Positions 39,525 to 51,500 of a stretch of 64,000 nucleotides of DNA are shown here, in pieces; position 1 is the first letter of the stretch, and each line of letters begins with the position of its first letter. The DNA is from Catajapyx aquilonaris (Eukaryota). The notes under the pieces were generated by a model. It did no database searches, was not told the DNA's origin, and saw only the letters and a list, made by a program, of their open reading frames with translations. Location of the stretch: positions 1 to 64,000 of the forward strand of contig KZ538098.1 of the NCBI GenBank assembly GCA_000934665.2. Reading direction: 5' to 3'. The position numbers and the translations under genes are program-made.

Positions 39525-40607
39525 ATGGAAGGGCTGACCTGGAAGCAGCTCCTTCAGGACGGTGCGATTGTACCTTACATCAAAATCAACTCTTTGGACC
39601 AGCCTCCACCCTGGTTGGACAGGGAGAGGTTTCGGAGGGGACAAAAGTTCGTGCGGAAGAATTTGCTTGGAGTCATTCTCGCCGTAGCCCTGACTTCAAT
39701 GAGCAACTTCGTGTATCAGCCTATTCATCAGGTGCTGCTCTACTACGGAAAGTTCGAGACTCCTCAAACGCTTCGACGCCTGATGATGACCTCCCTAGTG
39801 CATTTCGTCGCCTGGTTCGAAGGAGACCTGTGGGACCCAAAGGACGACGCTCATCGAAGCATGAAGCACGTACAAGACGTGCATCGGAGGATGGGAATTT
39901 TTGCTAACAAGGTCAGGTCAAAGGTAGAGGCAGCTAAGATGGACACTTCCAAGGTGCCTCATCTGTGGGAGGAGTGTCGACTGACAGAACACATCAGGCA
40001 ATCGTCGCCTCCGTGTCCTTTCAAGCTGCAGGATGGGAGTCTATACATGAGCCAGCTGGATTTGGGTGTCGGGGCAATCATACCAGTGTTTCCTGTAGTG
40101 TTGTGTCCGGAGAAGGTGGGCATACACGGGGCGACAGATGAGGAGATTGGTGACTACGTGTATATGTGGAGGGTGCTGTGTTATCACCATGGAATGGAAG
40201 ACCAATTCAATCCATTTTCTGGAACATTGGATCAAACCAGGGCGATTTGCCAGGAGGTGGTGGACCAGGTGTTCCTTCCCGCCATTAAAAACTTTACTAC
40301 CGATAATGAATACTTCTGGAGAATGTTGATGACATCTGCTCAAGATGTCATTTTCTTGCTACGATTTGTCTTCAGTTGTGACAGCTTTGCCCTTTTCATA
40401 CTCTGGTTGTTCGGATTTATTAATATTTTTGAATCGTTGTGTGCACAAGTATCCTGGTTTGCCAGAGTGCATTTTCAATTTTTGAAGTTCATTCTGTGTT
40501 GCATGTGTCGATTTAGACCCATTGTAAATATTGCTAATTTTTTGACGCGCCTCATAATTAACGGTATGAAGAAAGAATGCCTGGACAAAGGCTTCATACG
40601 CATGTAA
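39525..40607 (+). CDS. MpaB/DUF2236-like oxygenase copy 4, intact, 360 aa
   Basis: Single uninterrupted ORF with all family motifs. Confidence 0.8.
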   Translation: MEGLTWKQLLQDGAIVPYIKINSLDQPPPWLDRERFRRGQKFVRKNLLGVILAVALTSMSNFVYQPIHQVLLYYGKFETPQTLRRLMMTSLVHFVAWFEGDLWDPKDDAHRSMKHVQDVHRRMGIFANKVRSKVEAAKMDTSKVPHLWEECRLTEHIRQSSPPCPFKLQDGSLYMSQLDLGVGAIIPVFPVVLCPEKVGIHGATDEEIGDYVYMWRVLCYHHGMEDQFNPFSGTLDQTRAICQEVVDQVFLPAIKNFTTDNEYFWRMLMTSAQDVIFLLRFVFSCDSFALFILWLFGFINIFESLCAQVSWFARVHFQFLKFILCCMCRFRPIVNIANFLTRLIINGMKKECLDKGFIRM

Positions 40608-40806
40608 GAATAAAATAATTTGTAGTGCAATTAACATGATTGAAGGTTAAAATCATGCCATTTAAATAAAAAGTGTTCTAGAATGAAGGAGTAAAACATT
40701 TTTGGTAATGCATTCGCTAAGCAGTTGATTTAAATGGTCACCTTGATATAGCTTATTAGGCCTAAGGTAGTGAACCTTCTGTCAATAGAATAAATCTTTC
40801 AGAATA

Positions 40807-41060
40807 GGGGTGGCACGGTGGCCGAGTGGTTAGCGCAGCAGCCTTCCACCTCTAAGGTCCCGAGTTCGATCCCCGGATCGAACAGAGGATACTTATGTGG
40901 ATAGAGTTTCGATGGGTTCTCTCCGTCTTCGCGTGAGTTTTCGCGGGGTTCTCCCGTTTCCTCCCGCAATCAAAATCCATCACATTACAGGCAATGATTA
41001 AAGGCGGTTATTCAAAAGATGATTCTCTAAGAGGCCCAAGGAGGCCTATCACGGGGTATC

Positions 41061-41108
<48 letters not shown>
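40807..41108 (+). mobile_element. Full-length tRNA-derived SINE with a V-SINE-like core and (TTA)n tail
   Basis: A box TGGCCGAGTGG and B box GAGTTCGATCC. Core 'GTTCTCTCCGTCTTCGCGTGAGTTTTCGCGGGGTTCTCCCGTTTCCTCCC'. Perfect 16 bp target-site duplication TAAATCTTTCAGAATA (40791-40806 and 41109-41124). Confidence 0.9.
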
Positions 41109-41111
<3 letters not shown>

Positions 41112-41506
41112 ATCTTTCAGAATATGTATAAATCTTAATGCATATATTGTCACTAACTCCGGTAAAACATGTTGATATGTCAATTTAATTGATCATGTAC
41201 TCTGAAATGGTTCTGATGATAACGTTTTAAGTCTTATGGGGAATCATTCATATCTTAGTCCTTAGAAATAATTACTACAGTATAATATTATTTTGCCTGA
41301 CTCCAACTTGGTTTCTGCTCCAATCACTGCGAGAATCCCTGCAAAAATATGTAATAACATTCTTACATAGTATAGAACATAGAATATTTTATTACTCTAT
41401 GTTATGTTCTTCATACATTTTTTGTTGTTCAAGAATAAGCTATCAATTATAGTTGAAAATATTCCATTTCATAGGCTACTCTTTCTGCTACCATTGTCTG
41501 GAAGAA

Positions 41507-42613
41507 CTACATGGAAAGTGATTCGCAGTCAGAGTCCATAATGGGAGTGTAGAGTAGGTCGTGTTGAACGCAGTGTCTCTTCAGGAGTCTAAACGCGACT
41601 CCGGTCACGAAGTTCAGCAAAATCACCAGAAGTCTGACCCGACACAGCACTTGGGTCACGAACCTGATGACCGCAAACTGAATCTTGGCCACCCAGGACA
41701 CTTGTCCTTGCAGTTTCCTCTCAACCCCTGAAAATCCGAACGACCAGAAGGAGAACATGGCAATCGCTTCGAAGTTGACGGCAGTGCGCAGTACCAGCGA
41801 TTCTTCACCAACACTGCTCAACAACATCCTCCAGTGGTACTCGTGTTCTGTGGAAAAGCTGCTAATCTCGGGTATGAGCAACTTGTCACGTACCTCTATA
41901 AACAGGGACCTGACGTCGGACAAGGTGCCGGACAGTGGGTTATACCTGTCCGGTACACCCATGTGGTAGCACAGCACTCTCCAGACGTACACGTAGTCTG
42001 CAATGTCTTGCTCCGACGCACCGTGTATGCCGACTCTCTCCGGATACAGCACCACAGGAATTATAGCTATGAATGCACCCATCGCCAGGTCCAGCTGGCT
42101 CATGTGCACTTCGCCATGCTTGGACTGTACAGCAGGACATGCCGATGCGATGTGGCCTGCCAACCTGCACATACCAGCAATCTCAGGCAACTTGGTGTCG
42201 ATCTTGGCTGCGTCGACCTCTGACCTATTCCGATTTGCGATGCGACCCACTTCATGATGCTTGATCTGTAGGTGCTTCATACTTCGGTACGCGTCGTCAT
42301 TCGGGTCCCACATGTCGCCCAGCAGCAACGTTGTCATGTGCACCGCCGCGCTGAATACGAGTCGTCTAAGTGTGGTCAAGGTTTCGTACCTTCTGATGTA
42401 CATCAGCACTTGAAAGGGGGGCTGCCACATGAACACGTTTCCGAAGGGTAATATTGTTCCCAAAAGCATACCAAAGAAATGTCTCCGTACGAAGTCCTGG
42501 CCCCTCCTGTACCGGTCCTTGTTCAACCAGACAGGAGGCTGGTCCACCGAGTTGATGGTGTCGTACGGTACCGAACCCCCTTCCAACAGACGCTCAAAAC
42601 TTGGTCCTGCCAT
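41507..42613 (-). CDS. MpaB/DUF2236-like oxygenase copy 5 (second subfamily)
   Basis: Motifs 'PVWLNKDRYRRGQDF', 'MSQLDLA', 'IADYVYVWRVLCYHMGVPDRYN'. Start set at MAGPSF by alignment with the paralogs. Confidence 0.75.
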   Translation of the reverse strand: MAGPSFERLLEGGSVPYDTINSVDQPPVWLNKDRYRRGQDFVRRHFFGMLLGTILPFGNVFMWQPPFQVLMYIRRYETLTTLRRLVFSAAVHMTTLLLGDMWDPNDDAYRSMKHLQIKHHEVGRIANRNRSEVDAAKIDTKLPEIAGMCRLAGHIASACPAVQSKHGEVHMSQLDLAMGAFIAIIPVVLYPERVGIHGASEQDIADYVYVWRVLCYHMGVPDRYNPLSGTLSDVRSLFIEVRDKLLIPEISSFSTEHEYHWRMLLSSVGEESLVLRTAVNFEAIAMFSFWSFGFSGVERKLQGQVSWVAKIQFAVIRFVTQVLCRVRLLVILLNFVTGVAFRLLKRHCVQHDLLYTPIMDSDCESLSM

Positions 42614-43050
42614 TGTTGTCTCCGACGTTGTTCTGCCCCTGATGATGCATAATCGTACGCGAAACACCGTGCAAAGCGTGTGAACCCTTGCGCAATAGTC
42701 AGCTTGATAGCGTGGAATATGTGGTACGTTACTCGGTACAGTAGCCTACCACTTAAGTGAGTTAAAAACATGTTTGCGGCGATGATAGTATCATAATTAT
42801 ATGGTATACCTACGATTGTTTTTGTTATTATGCAATTAGTTCTAGGTCCACGTATGTCCTTGAGTAATTTGAATGTATGCTAAATATAGGGAAGTGATAG
42901 ATAATTGATAGTATCCAGTTTCCACTGCCTTTTTATTGTAGGCTTGTTGAGCATCCCAATTTCAGCGCCTTCTTTTACCTTCTTTATTTCTACCACATCA
43001 GGGCTCTTCTTTGTTCCCAGTGCTTGTGTTTTCTGACAGGCAGAGGCAAT

Positions 43051-43158
43051 GGGTAGAATTTTCTTCCCGCTGCTAGTTACTGCTAACTTATCAGTACCAT
43101 TGCCAACACTAGTGCTGCTAAGGTAGCAGTAACTATCAGTGGGAGGAAAATTCTACCC
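43051..43158. mobile_element. 108 bp palindromic mini-MITE inserted in the 3' coding region of G7
   Basis: TIRs GGGTAGAATTTTC / GAAAATTCTACCC, with a 3 bp duplication AAT on both sides. Confidence 0.85.
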
Positions 43159-45112
43159 AATATTTCGAAATCGTCCTCTTTTTTTCCTGTGACGTCCTGG
43201 GTATCGCACCTGCCAAAGAGTCCCGAGTCTGTCTCTACACTGCCATCATCTCCCTGCCCTTCTGTCAAGTCTAAAGACAGTCTACCCAGCATGTTACTTT
43301 CATGATGGAAGAGAATCTGAAATGGATTCTCATCATGTGATTTACCTTCCGTGGTCTCTTGTTTGTCAGAAACAAATTCGCTATTGAAACGTGGCCTTTG
43401 ATTCATGTCCTTTCCACCCAAATCAGAACTTCTCTTTTTTGTATTACTTTTTCTAGTTCTGCTATGCTTGTGGTTGTGCAGTACATGCTGAACTTTTTTC
43501 TTTGTACATCTCGTATTGTTGTTTTTTGGGCTATTGTTTAAAAGAGCACCTTGTACAGCCGCTCCATAGACTAGCGCTTCCTCTGGTTCTATGCACTGGT
43601 CCAGCTCTTGCAGGTTGAAGAAATCTTTCACCATTTCTCTTAACAATGGAATGCGTGTAGATCCACCAACCATGACCACGTGCTCTGTTTTACTTTTCTC
43701 CATTGCGGCCCTCGAGAGTGCACGTGCCACTAGATCCAAAGTCCTTCTGATTATGCTAGTGACCATCTGTTCAAAATCTTGCCGAGAAACCTGTCACAGA
43801 AAAAACAATACCCACACGTTAATCGCAATAAAATTTGAATGTGGCGATGCACAAGAAGCTGCTTTGAATTTGTATAAATTCAGTAATTGAATGGGTTAAA
43901 AGCAAAAAGCAGGGGGACATTATACGTACAACTCTTCATTAAAATTATTGTGAAAATCAGAGAGAAAGAAAGAAAATGAAACAAACAGAAATATCAAAAT
44001 ATGAATTTTTTGCATTCCATCCCCATCAATTACTGAACTGATAACAAAGCCTACCTTGCAGATGAAGTTGATATTTTTAGAAAGGTTATAAACTTGTATT
44101 GTTGCCTCATTATGGGTTGACAGTATTTTTTTTGCTTCCTCACAGGCCAAGTACAGCTTAGTCAGTGCTTCCATATTATTTGTGAAATCCAGCTTATAAA
44201 TATTCTTGATCTCATTCAAGCAGTACAACACCAGATATCGGTCCAAGTTCTTCCCTCCCAACATAAGGTCAGTTTGGCTTGCAATTGTCTCAACATGAAA
44301 GTGTTTCACTTTCATCACCGAGACTTGGAAAACATACGTGCCCATGTCGTAGACCAGCACATGAGTTGCAGTCTTCAGGCCCTTCCTGTGAGAGTAGGCA
44401 AGAGCAGCGGCAGTGCAGCTGTCGATGACTCGAATAAGTCTGATCTTGGCCATGTCTGCCACTTCACTCGTCGCTTGCTTTCTTTGAAACTCGTTGAAAT
44501 AAGCCGGAACCGTCATTACCGCTTGGGTCACACCCACTGGTAGCAATTGCTTTGCATTATTCAGCATTACTTCTAGCATACGGTACATGATGTCGTCCGG
44601 ATAATACTTCATCATGTTGCCGCTAATTGTGATTACAATGCGTGCTTTACCGAATGTTAACGGCAGTACTTGAAAAGGCCAGACCACTCTTCTAAATGTT
44701 GGTGGAATTGATCCGTCGTGTCCTCGACCAATCAGACATTTCACTTCAAACACAGTGTTCTTCAAATTGGTAGATATCTAGAAGAAAACCACACAGGTCA
44801 GAATTTGTAGGACGCCTTGCATTATGTGATAATTTTTACTACGATTGGTACGGAGGACATAAATATAGCTGGTTGTACAGTATTGCTAAAAATTAAGAAC
44901 ATCTTAGTAGTCAACCTGACCTGTTGTTTAGCCAACTCTCCAGTTAAAACGTACCCCTCAGTGAAGGAGACATAACTCGGGATGAAAGTCTCTCCCGTGT
45001 ATGGGTCTGGAACAATCTGGGCCTTTCCATCCTTCCACACTGCAATTCTGGACTCGGAAGTGCCCAAATCGATCCCAGCAACAGGATACTTCACAGAAGC
45101 CAGTTGCAACAT
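43083..45112 (-). CDS. HSP70-like gene G7, a paralog of G2, NBD-only with hydrophobic C-terminus; exons 45112-44921, 44777-44055, 43790-43083
   Basis: Long stretches identical to G2 ([31 protein letters not shown]). Phase-0 introns. The ORF stops inside the MITE. Confidence 0.8.
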
Positions 45113-47095
45113 TCTTGTGTTTAACAGGCTGCCAATAATAAAACACTGATAATAATTACTTCAGTGTTGCGATTTAATTTACTAGTAATATTATCTGTTC
45201 CATCAGGTGATTCTCCCTGGAAGTGAGTAAAATTTAAATGTTGAACTCAACAAAACGTATTTGAATCCGCGTTACTTACAGTTATATAGTGAAGGAGACA
45301 TGTTCTGTCAATTTGTTGACATCTTTGTCCCATCCAGCCGTAATATATCTCTTCCAAATTCGCAAAATTCCTTCCTTGTACGTTATGTCCATCTGGAGGT
45401 GATCATCGCCGCCACTCTGACTGTTTGCACTGCGCTCCGGATCTGTGGGGGTGAAAATTTGTAAATGTGACTGAAAATATTAATTCCAAACTAACAAGAT
45501 TGCCTTTCTGTGATGTCATTCTGCTGCGGGAGTTGCCTGAGACCTCAGAAATGCTAGTTGTGGATGGCTCTTGCTGCCAGAGTCAGATGTGTTACTGTCT
45601 CATGTGGCACCCTGGATGTCTCCGCTCTATGACGCACCTAGCAGGAATATTTTCTGATTCCAGCACCGATGCTGCCCCCGACAGGCAACAACTCCTGTGA
45701 CCTTTTATGGTTCCATTCATGAGGGCCCAGTCGAGTCCAAGCACAGGTGTCATTATTTGCTGGTAACGCTTCTAATATTTTGCTGTAAAATAACATTGTT
45801 ATTCCGAGACTGAACTTGTACTTTCTGTATACCTGGTGATAACAAATGCTATTCCACTATTATCATCCTGTTTGTGTAGAAACCAGGCGTGACGTTATGA
45901 TTAGTCTATCACCAGATAAGAGGTAATTCTGACCTAAGGTGATAATTATAAGTATAAATCATAATGCACATATTGTCACTATTGTAACTCAGGTAAAAAT
46001 GATTGTGACAAACAACATGTTGATGTGTCAATTTAATTGATCATGTACTCTGAAATGGTTCGGATGATAACGTTTTATGGGGAACCATTCATTATCTAAC
46101 GTAAGTCCTTAGAAATTACTACAGTCTAATATTATTTTGCCTGACTCCAACTTGGTTTCTGATACAATCACTGCGAGAATCCCTGCAAAAATCTGTAATA
46201 ACATTCTTACATGATATACGATTCTATAGAACATTGAACATTGAATTACTATCTGTTATGTCCTTGATTAGCCCCGCTGTACACAAAATGTTAGGTGACT
46301 GCACAGTACATTGTCATTCTACTCGTGAGTTCAGTGAACATTTGTGTATCTTTGACAGAATTTACGTAATTAGCTCATGTACTGTAAGTCCACTGCCACA
46401 CATTTTCCTGACAATAAATTATGTAGATTGCAGAGCATTAATAAATATACAAGAATCCTATCTCTTGTTATACTATATATGTTATAACTAACCCCCGGAT
46501 TTATAGTTTCAAAAATCGCCAAATTGGAGTTTTAGATCTGCGAAGTTGGTTATTGTTGTTATTGATATTGATATGTTGATATAGTTAACGCGCTTATTGT
46601 TGAGGGGAGCAATGAGAGGACTTGTGCGTGTTGTGGGAGTTAGACTCATTTTCGGAAGCTGAAACATGCGGTATTAATTCGTCGCAAAAAGTATAACCAT
46701 ATAGGCTACACTCCTGCCTCCTGGCGGGGGGTGGGAATAAATAAAAACGTCCCCAGAAAGGCTTTTCTTCCTAGTCCCGCCAGGAGGCAGGAGAGGAGAA
46801 CAGGGTTAGCGATTCTACAATTTCAAAGTTCTTGCCGTGAAGTGGCATGGCCGCCATTTTGCTTCAAAGATGTCCGACCTTTACGGCCTCTACCCTATTC
46901 TATCTCGTTGGCCAAAATGGCCCTTGCCTCGATGGACGAGCATCCCTCAACTAACTTCCTGTATCCAACAACCGTGAGTGGGAAAGTTTTCCACCACAGT
47001 ACTTATTGCATGTTGATAAGTATATGCATATTATATCCTTGTAGACCCCTGGCATGTGCTGGATGAACACGATCGACAACAAAACATGCTAGTGA

Positions 47096-47170
47096 CAGTG
47101 GCGTCGCTAGGCAGGTGCGGGGGGTGCGGACCGCACCGGGTGCCACCCTCAAAGGGAGTGTGACACCCAA
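47096..47170. mobile_element. Terminus of a possible hAT-like non-autonomous element
   Basis: Begins CAGTGGCGTCGCTAG, followed by a GC-rich subterminal stretch, exactly where the 46914 repeat stops matching its other copy. No partner end found. Confidence 0.35.
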
Positions 47171-47265
47171 GTGATGTGTGATATTTTTTGTAACCCTTGA
47201 GAGAATGTATGCTTTCTTTGCGGCTTCCACACATCGATGGAAACTACGGAAATAATTTAAAGGTG

Positions 47266-47905
47266 TACGAGATGTGATCAAAAAGTTTCTGGACTGTCGA
47301 TATACCGTCAAATCCAGTGGAGGTACGAACTTGTGACGTTAGGGGGCGCTAGGTACACCTTTCATCTATTAGTCTGAAAAATGTCGTCTTCATTGGTGCA
47401 CATGTTTCCGAGTTTCGGCAGTTTTCTTGACACCGTGTTCTTGTGCTTCTGCGATTTTTCGAAATCGCTTATGTTAGGGAGCAAAAGATTTGTAAAATTT
47501 TGCTTCCAGCTCAACAAAACTTCGGATGCAACCAACCGAATGCTGAACAAGGCTTTTGATGAGCAAGTTGTAAGACAAGCAATAACATATATGAGTGGGT
47601 TAACAGCTTCGAAGGTGGCGCGTCAAGTTTGCAGCAAAATCAACTCAATGCTGATCATTTTCTTTGACATTTTAGGAATTATGCGTATGGAGTTTCTCCC
47701 TCCTGGTAAAACTGTCAACGGCAAGTATTAGGGCCTACTGGGATGGTTTGAGACGATTGAGGCTCAAATGGCCGGAGATGTGGAAGAACACTGGTTGCTG
47801 CACCATGACAATGCCGCCTGCACACACCTCACGCGTAGTCAGGGACTTCCTGATAAAAAATAACATGACCACTGTTCCCCACCCTGCATATTCGTTTGCC
47901 CTGGC
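47266..47905 (+). mobile_element. Degenerate mariner-family transposon, internally deleted
   Basis: TIR-like TACGAGATGTGATCAAAAAGT. Transposase remnants 'VKFCFQLNKT..AF', 'MLIIFFDILG..EFLPPGKTVNGKY', 'HDNA', 'VPHPAYSFALA' (compare YSPDLAP), with stops and frameshifts. Confidence 0.85.
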
Positions 47906-48042
47906 CAAGGGGGTACTCACTTTGGTACTCCGGTGTACACCTGCAGTTGTCCTCCCTGGTACTCCCAGACAATAAACAAATATGCCTCTAACTTCGGGAG
48001 CTTTTCCCTCTCGTGTCGTGCTTCCAATCTGAAGGGGCTAAA

Positions 48043-48114
48043 AAATGGTGCCGGGGATCGAACCCGGGACCTTTCACATGCAAAGCGAACGCTCTACCAC
48101 TGAGACACACCCCC
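48043..48114 (-). tRNA. tRNA-Ala(TGC)-like sequence, probably a pseudogene
   Basis: Reads GGGGGTGTGTCTCAGTGGTAGAGCGTTCGCTTTGCATGTGAAAGGTCCCGGGTTCGATCCCCGGCACCATT. Anticodon and T arms are good; acceptor and D stems have mismatches. A T-run follows. Confidence 0.65.
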
Positions 48115-48507
48115 ACTTCGTAGGAGTTATTGCTTCATTGCGAGGAGACCTATATGAACATGTTCATAACACATAATATTGAACATAATTTCATGTAGGG
48201 TGACACCATGTCCAAATCTCCAAAAGAAGGGCATAGATGCTCTGTATAGGCTGTGTACAATACACACTAAATTATATACTAATAAATGCGCATTTTTTAC
48301 TTCAGCATAACCGAATCTACGATTTCAAACGTCCTGTCTCTGTCTCTATGAAGTGAGTGATGACCAAGAGTTTCACAACTATCTGTTCTCTTCCTCAGAT
48401 GCAGGACAGAGCTCCTGTTCACATGAACCCCCTGGAGGAGGAGGAGCAAGAAATGCAGAGAGGAACGCTCGAAGGAATATTGAAGCACCGTCATACCTAG
48501 CAGAATC

Positions 48508-51500
48508 TACATCTATACGTATGTGCGATTAAACAGACTCTTTTTTATATATAATGCGTGTTGTGCCCATATCTGTGGATCGGAAAAAACAAAAACAAGC
48601 TTGCTAATAAAGAACCTTAATTATCCCTCAATAAATTCTTCCTCGTTGAGATTCCAGGGCAATTACGAGTAATTTCGGTGTGCCAGGTCTTCAGGGAGGC
48701 AAGTACAGTATATTATTAAGGAAATTTAGAATCAAAAAGGCTTCAATTTTATTGCATGTCATTGCATCTAAACATTAAAATCCGGTACTCAAGTATTCGT
48801 TCGAGTTAAACATTGGCCTGTATTACAGTACTAGCTAATTACCCGCATATGCAGTAGATATTTGTCATGTGTTGCATTGGTCTAGTGGCTAATATGGAGC
48901 TAATAATAATGGCAAAACAATTGAATCTAGATAATGTGCGTCATAGATATTGAATCTATTTTGTGACATAGAAAAATGAGCCAGGAGTGTGAACTTTTTA
49001 TTTCCGGGAAAACTCGGGACACACTTTGGAGTGATGCAGCAAGGTCATGTCAAATCAATAAATGGTTTTAAAAATGTTGTTTTATACCTGCAACTATATG
49101 TACAATTTAATTATAGTATTGAAACTTGTCTAATGTTAATAATAAAATTGTAAGAAAATATAGCATGCTTTAAAATGAGATCGGGACATGCCAAGAATAG
49201 TGATTTTAGGCCCTTTGACATTTTTTGCAGTAAAACTTAATTTAATATTTCTCTTTGTTTTCATGGGGATGGCTAGGTGTCAACTGCGTCTCCAAATGTT
49301 TAAAAAATCAACTCTCTCAGTCAAGCCATTTTTAAGTTATTATGCTGGGACATGCTATTGGTAAGTTTTTGGAGAATCACCCATATGTGCTTTATACAGT
49401 ACAATACATTGTGTGACCCATGACCTCGGGTCACACCCTGACTAGCTCAGTAACGCAGGTTCAGTTGGAGAAAATATATCAGACTGTGAGACTGGGAGAA
49501 AAGGGTGGAAGAAGTGGCGGGGAAAACTGGAAAAGCCGCGAAAATAATGGTTTCTGATAACATACTGATGTATAATAAATATTCCTTTTTTTACTTGATA
49601 TAACTGAAACACAAATAATTATCACATTCTTTTACTTATTAGCACATTAATAAGGCTAAAAAATGTAACCTAAATCAAATATTTTATGGTGATTGTTGAA
49701 TTTTGTGGCGCCCTTTCTTTACAATAAGTACATGCTGGAGAGAGTGTCAGTATCGAAGTAGCGCAGTGGTGTAGTGGTTAAGACTCTCTCTTCGTAACCT
49801 GAAGGTTGAAGGATCGAATCCTGAAAAAGAAAGACGTCGCTTTTTTTAATCGCTATATGGACCTTTCTCGCTGTTACTTTATCTCTCATTTCACATTTAT
49901 TTCTCTTTGAAGTGCATCTGGTAAATAGGCTAGACCCTTCCAACACTCACACTCTCGTTGCAGCATAGCGTGGCTGTGTGGTAACGCATCAGACTCGCAA
50001 TCGGGTAATGAGGGTTCAAGTCCCGTGTCTCCTTGGTTGAGAGTCAGAAAAAAAAAATTTGCAGCCGACATCTCTGGCCAAGATGGCGACTGTTCCTTCG
50101 CAGTTTCCCCAACACTTCTTCAGAGGTGTTAGAGGAGCAGCGAAGAGGGGGGGGAGGGGTGGAGAGGGGGAGGAAGAGGTGGGAGGGGAGAAAATGTTTT
50201 TGGAAATTTTTAAGACACCTGCTTAATGGGAGGGGGCGGTCACTTTTTTCGAAGAAAAAAGTCTAAAAATATAAAGTGGCTTCGCTTGTGTTGTCCATCC
50301 CGGCAGCCCCCACCCTACACACCCCATAGTCCCTACTTTTGTCTTATACCTGGGAGTTCCATTCTCAAACCTATCACCCCTCCAAATATTTAAGTCTACA
50401 ATTTAAACTATAGGTCCAATAAAATCACAAGCAAATGCAAATGAATCGGCACACTTTGTAGGGCATTTCCATTGTTTTTTTGTAGCCTGACCTTTGACCT
50501 GAAAGGCTCTAATATTAGGTTTTTGGTCTGTGGCCAGCCCCTACCTCGGTCTCCATCTGTCGGATCTTTCGTAATGAGACTGTACAGAGCACAGTACTTA
50601 GATATACAGTATATCTCTCGATGTGAGGTAGTATAATTATGCCCCTAGCCAAACGTAGTGGCAGGTATCATTATCTGTGGCGTAGGCGAGTGGTCACCTC
50701 CTTGGGGTCATTAGGACGGACATGCGGCATCACCGTTTCGTGGAATTGCTCTATGGATTATTAAAATAATAAATTCCAACCCGCTTCTGCTGTGCGTGGA
50801 GATGCGCATATCGTCGACGCGGTTTTAGATAGGCAAAATTTGGTGTAGGCTTGGTCGCCTAGCTTCCTGTCTCTTTGACCTTACATATTCCCCCCTTTCC
50901 ACCCCCGCCCCGCTACCAACAAGGACAGGCGGACTGCTACATTTGGCTAGCAGGCTAGGGGCATACTACCTCACATCGAGAGATATACTGATATCTAAGT
51001 ACTGTGCTCTGTACAGTCTCATTACGAAAGCTCCGACAGATGGAGACCGAGGTAGGGCTTGGCCACAGACCAAAAACCTAATATTAGGGCCTTTCAGGTC
51101 AAAGGTCAGGCTACAACAAACCATTGGAAATGCCCTACAAAGTGTGCCGATTCATTTGCATTTGCTTGTGATTTTATTGGACCTATAGTTTAAATTGTAG
51201 ACTTAAATATTTGGAGGGGTGATAGGTTTGAGAATGGAACTCCCTGGTATAAGACAAATGTAGGGACTATGGGGTGAGTAGGGTGGGGGCTGCCGGGATG
51301 GACAACACAAGCGAAGCCACTTTATATTTTTAGACTTTTTTCTTCGAAAAAAGTGACCGCCCCCTCCCATTAAGCAGGTGTCTTAAAAATTTCCAAAAAC
51401 ATTTTCTCCCCTCCCACCTCTTCCTCCCCCTCTCCACCCCTCCCCCCCTCTTCGCTGCTCCTCTAACACCTCTGAAGAAGTGTTGGGAAAACTGCGAAGG

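Noticed and set aside
49761..50030. Two functional tRNA genes
   Set aside because: A/B boxes are present but the cloverleaf stems do not pair; treated as repeat-derived.
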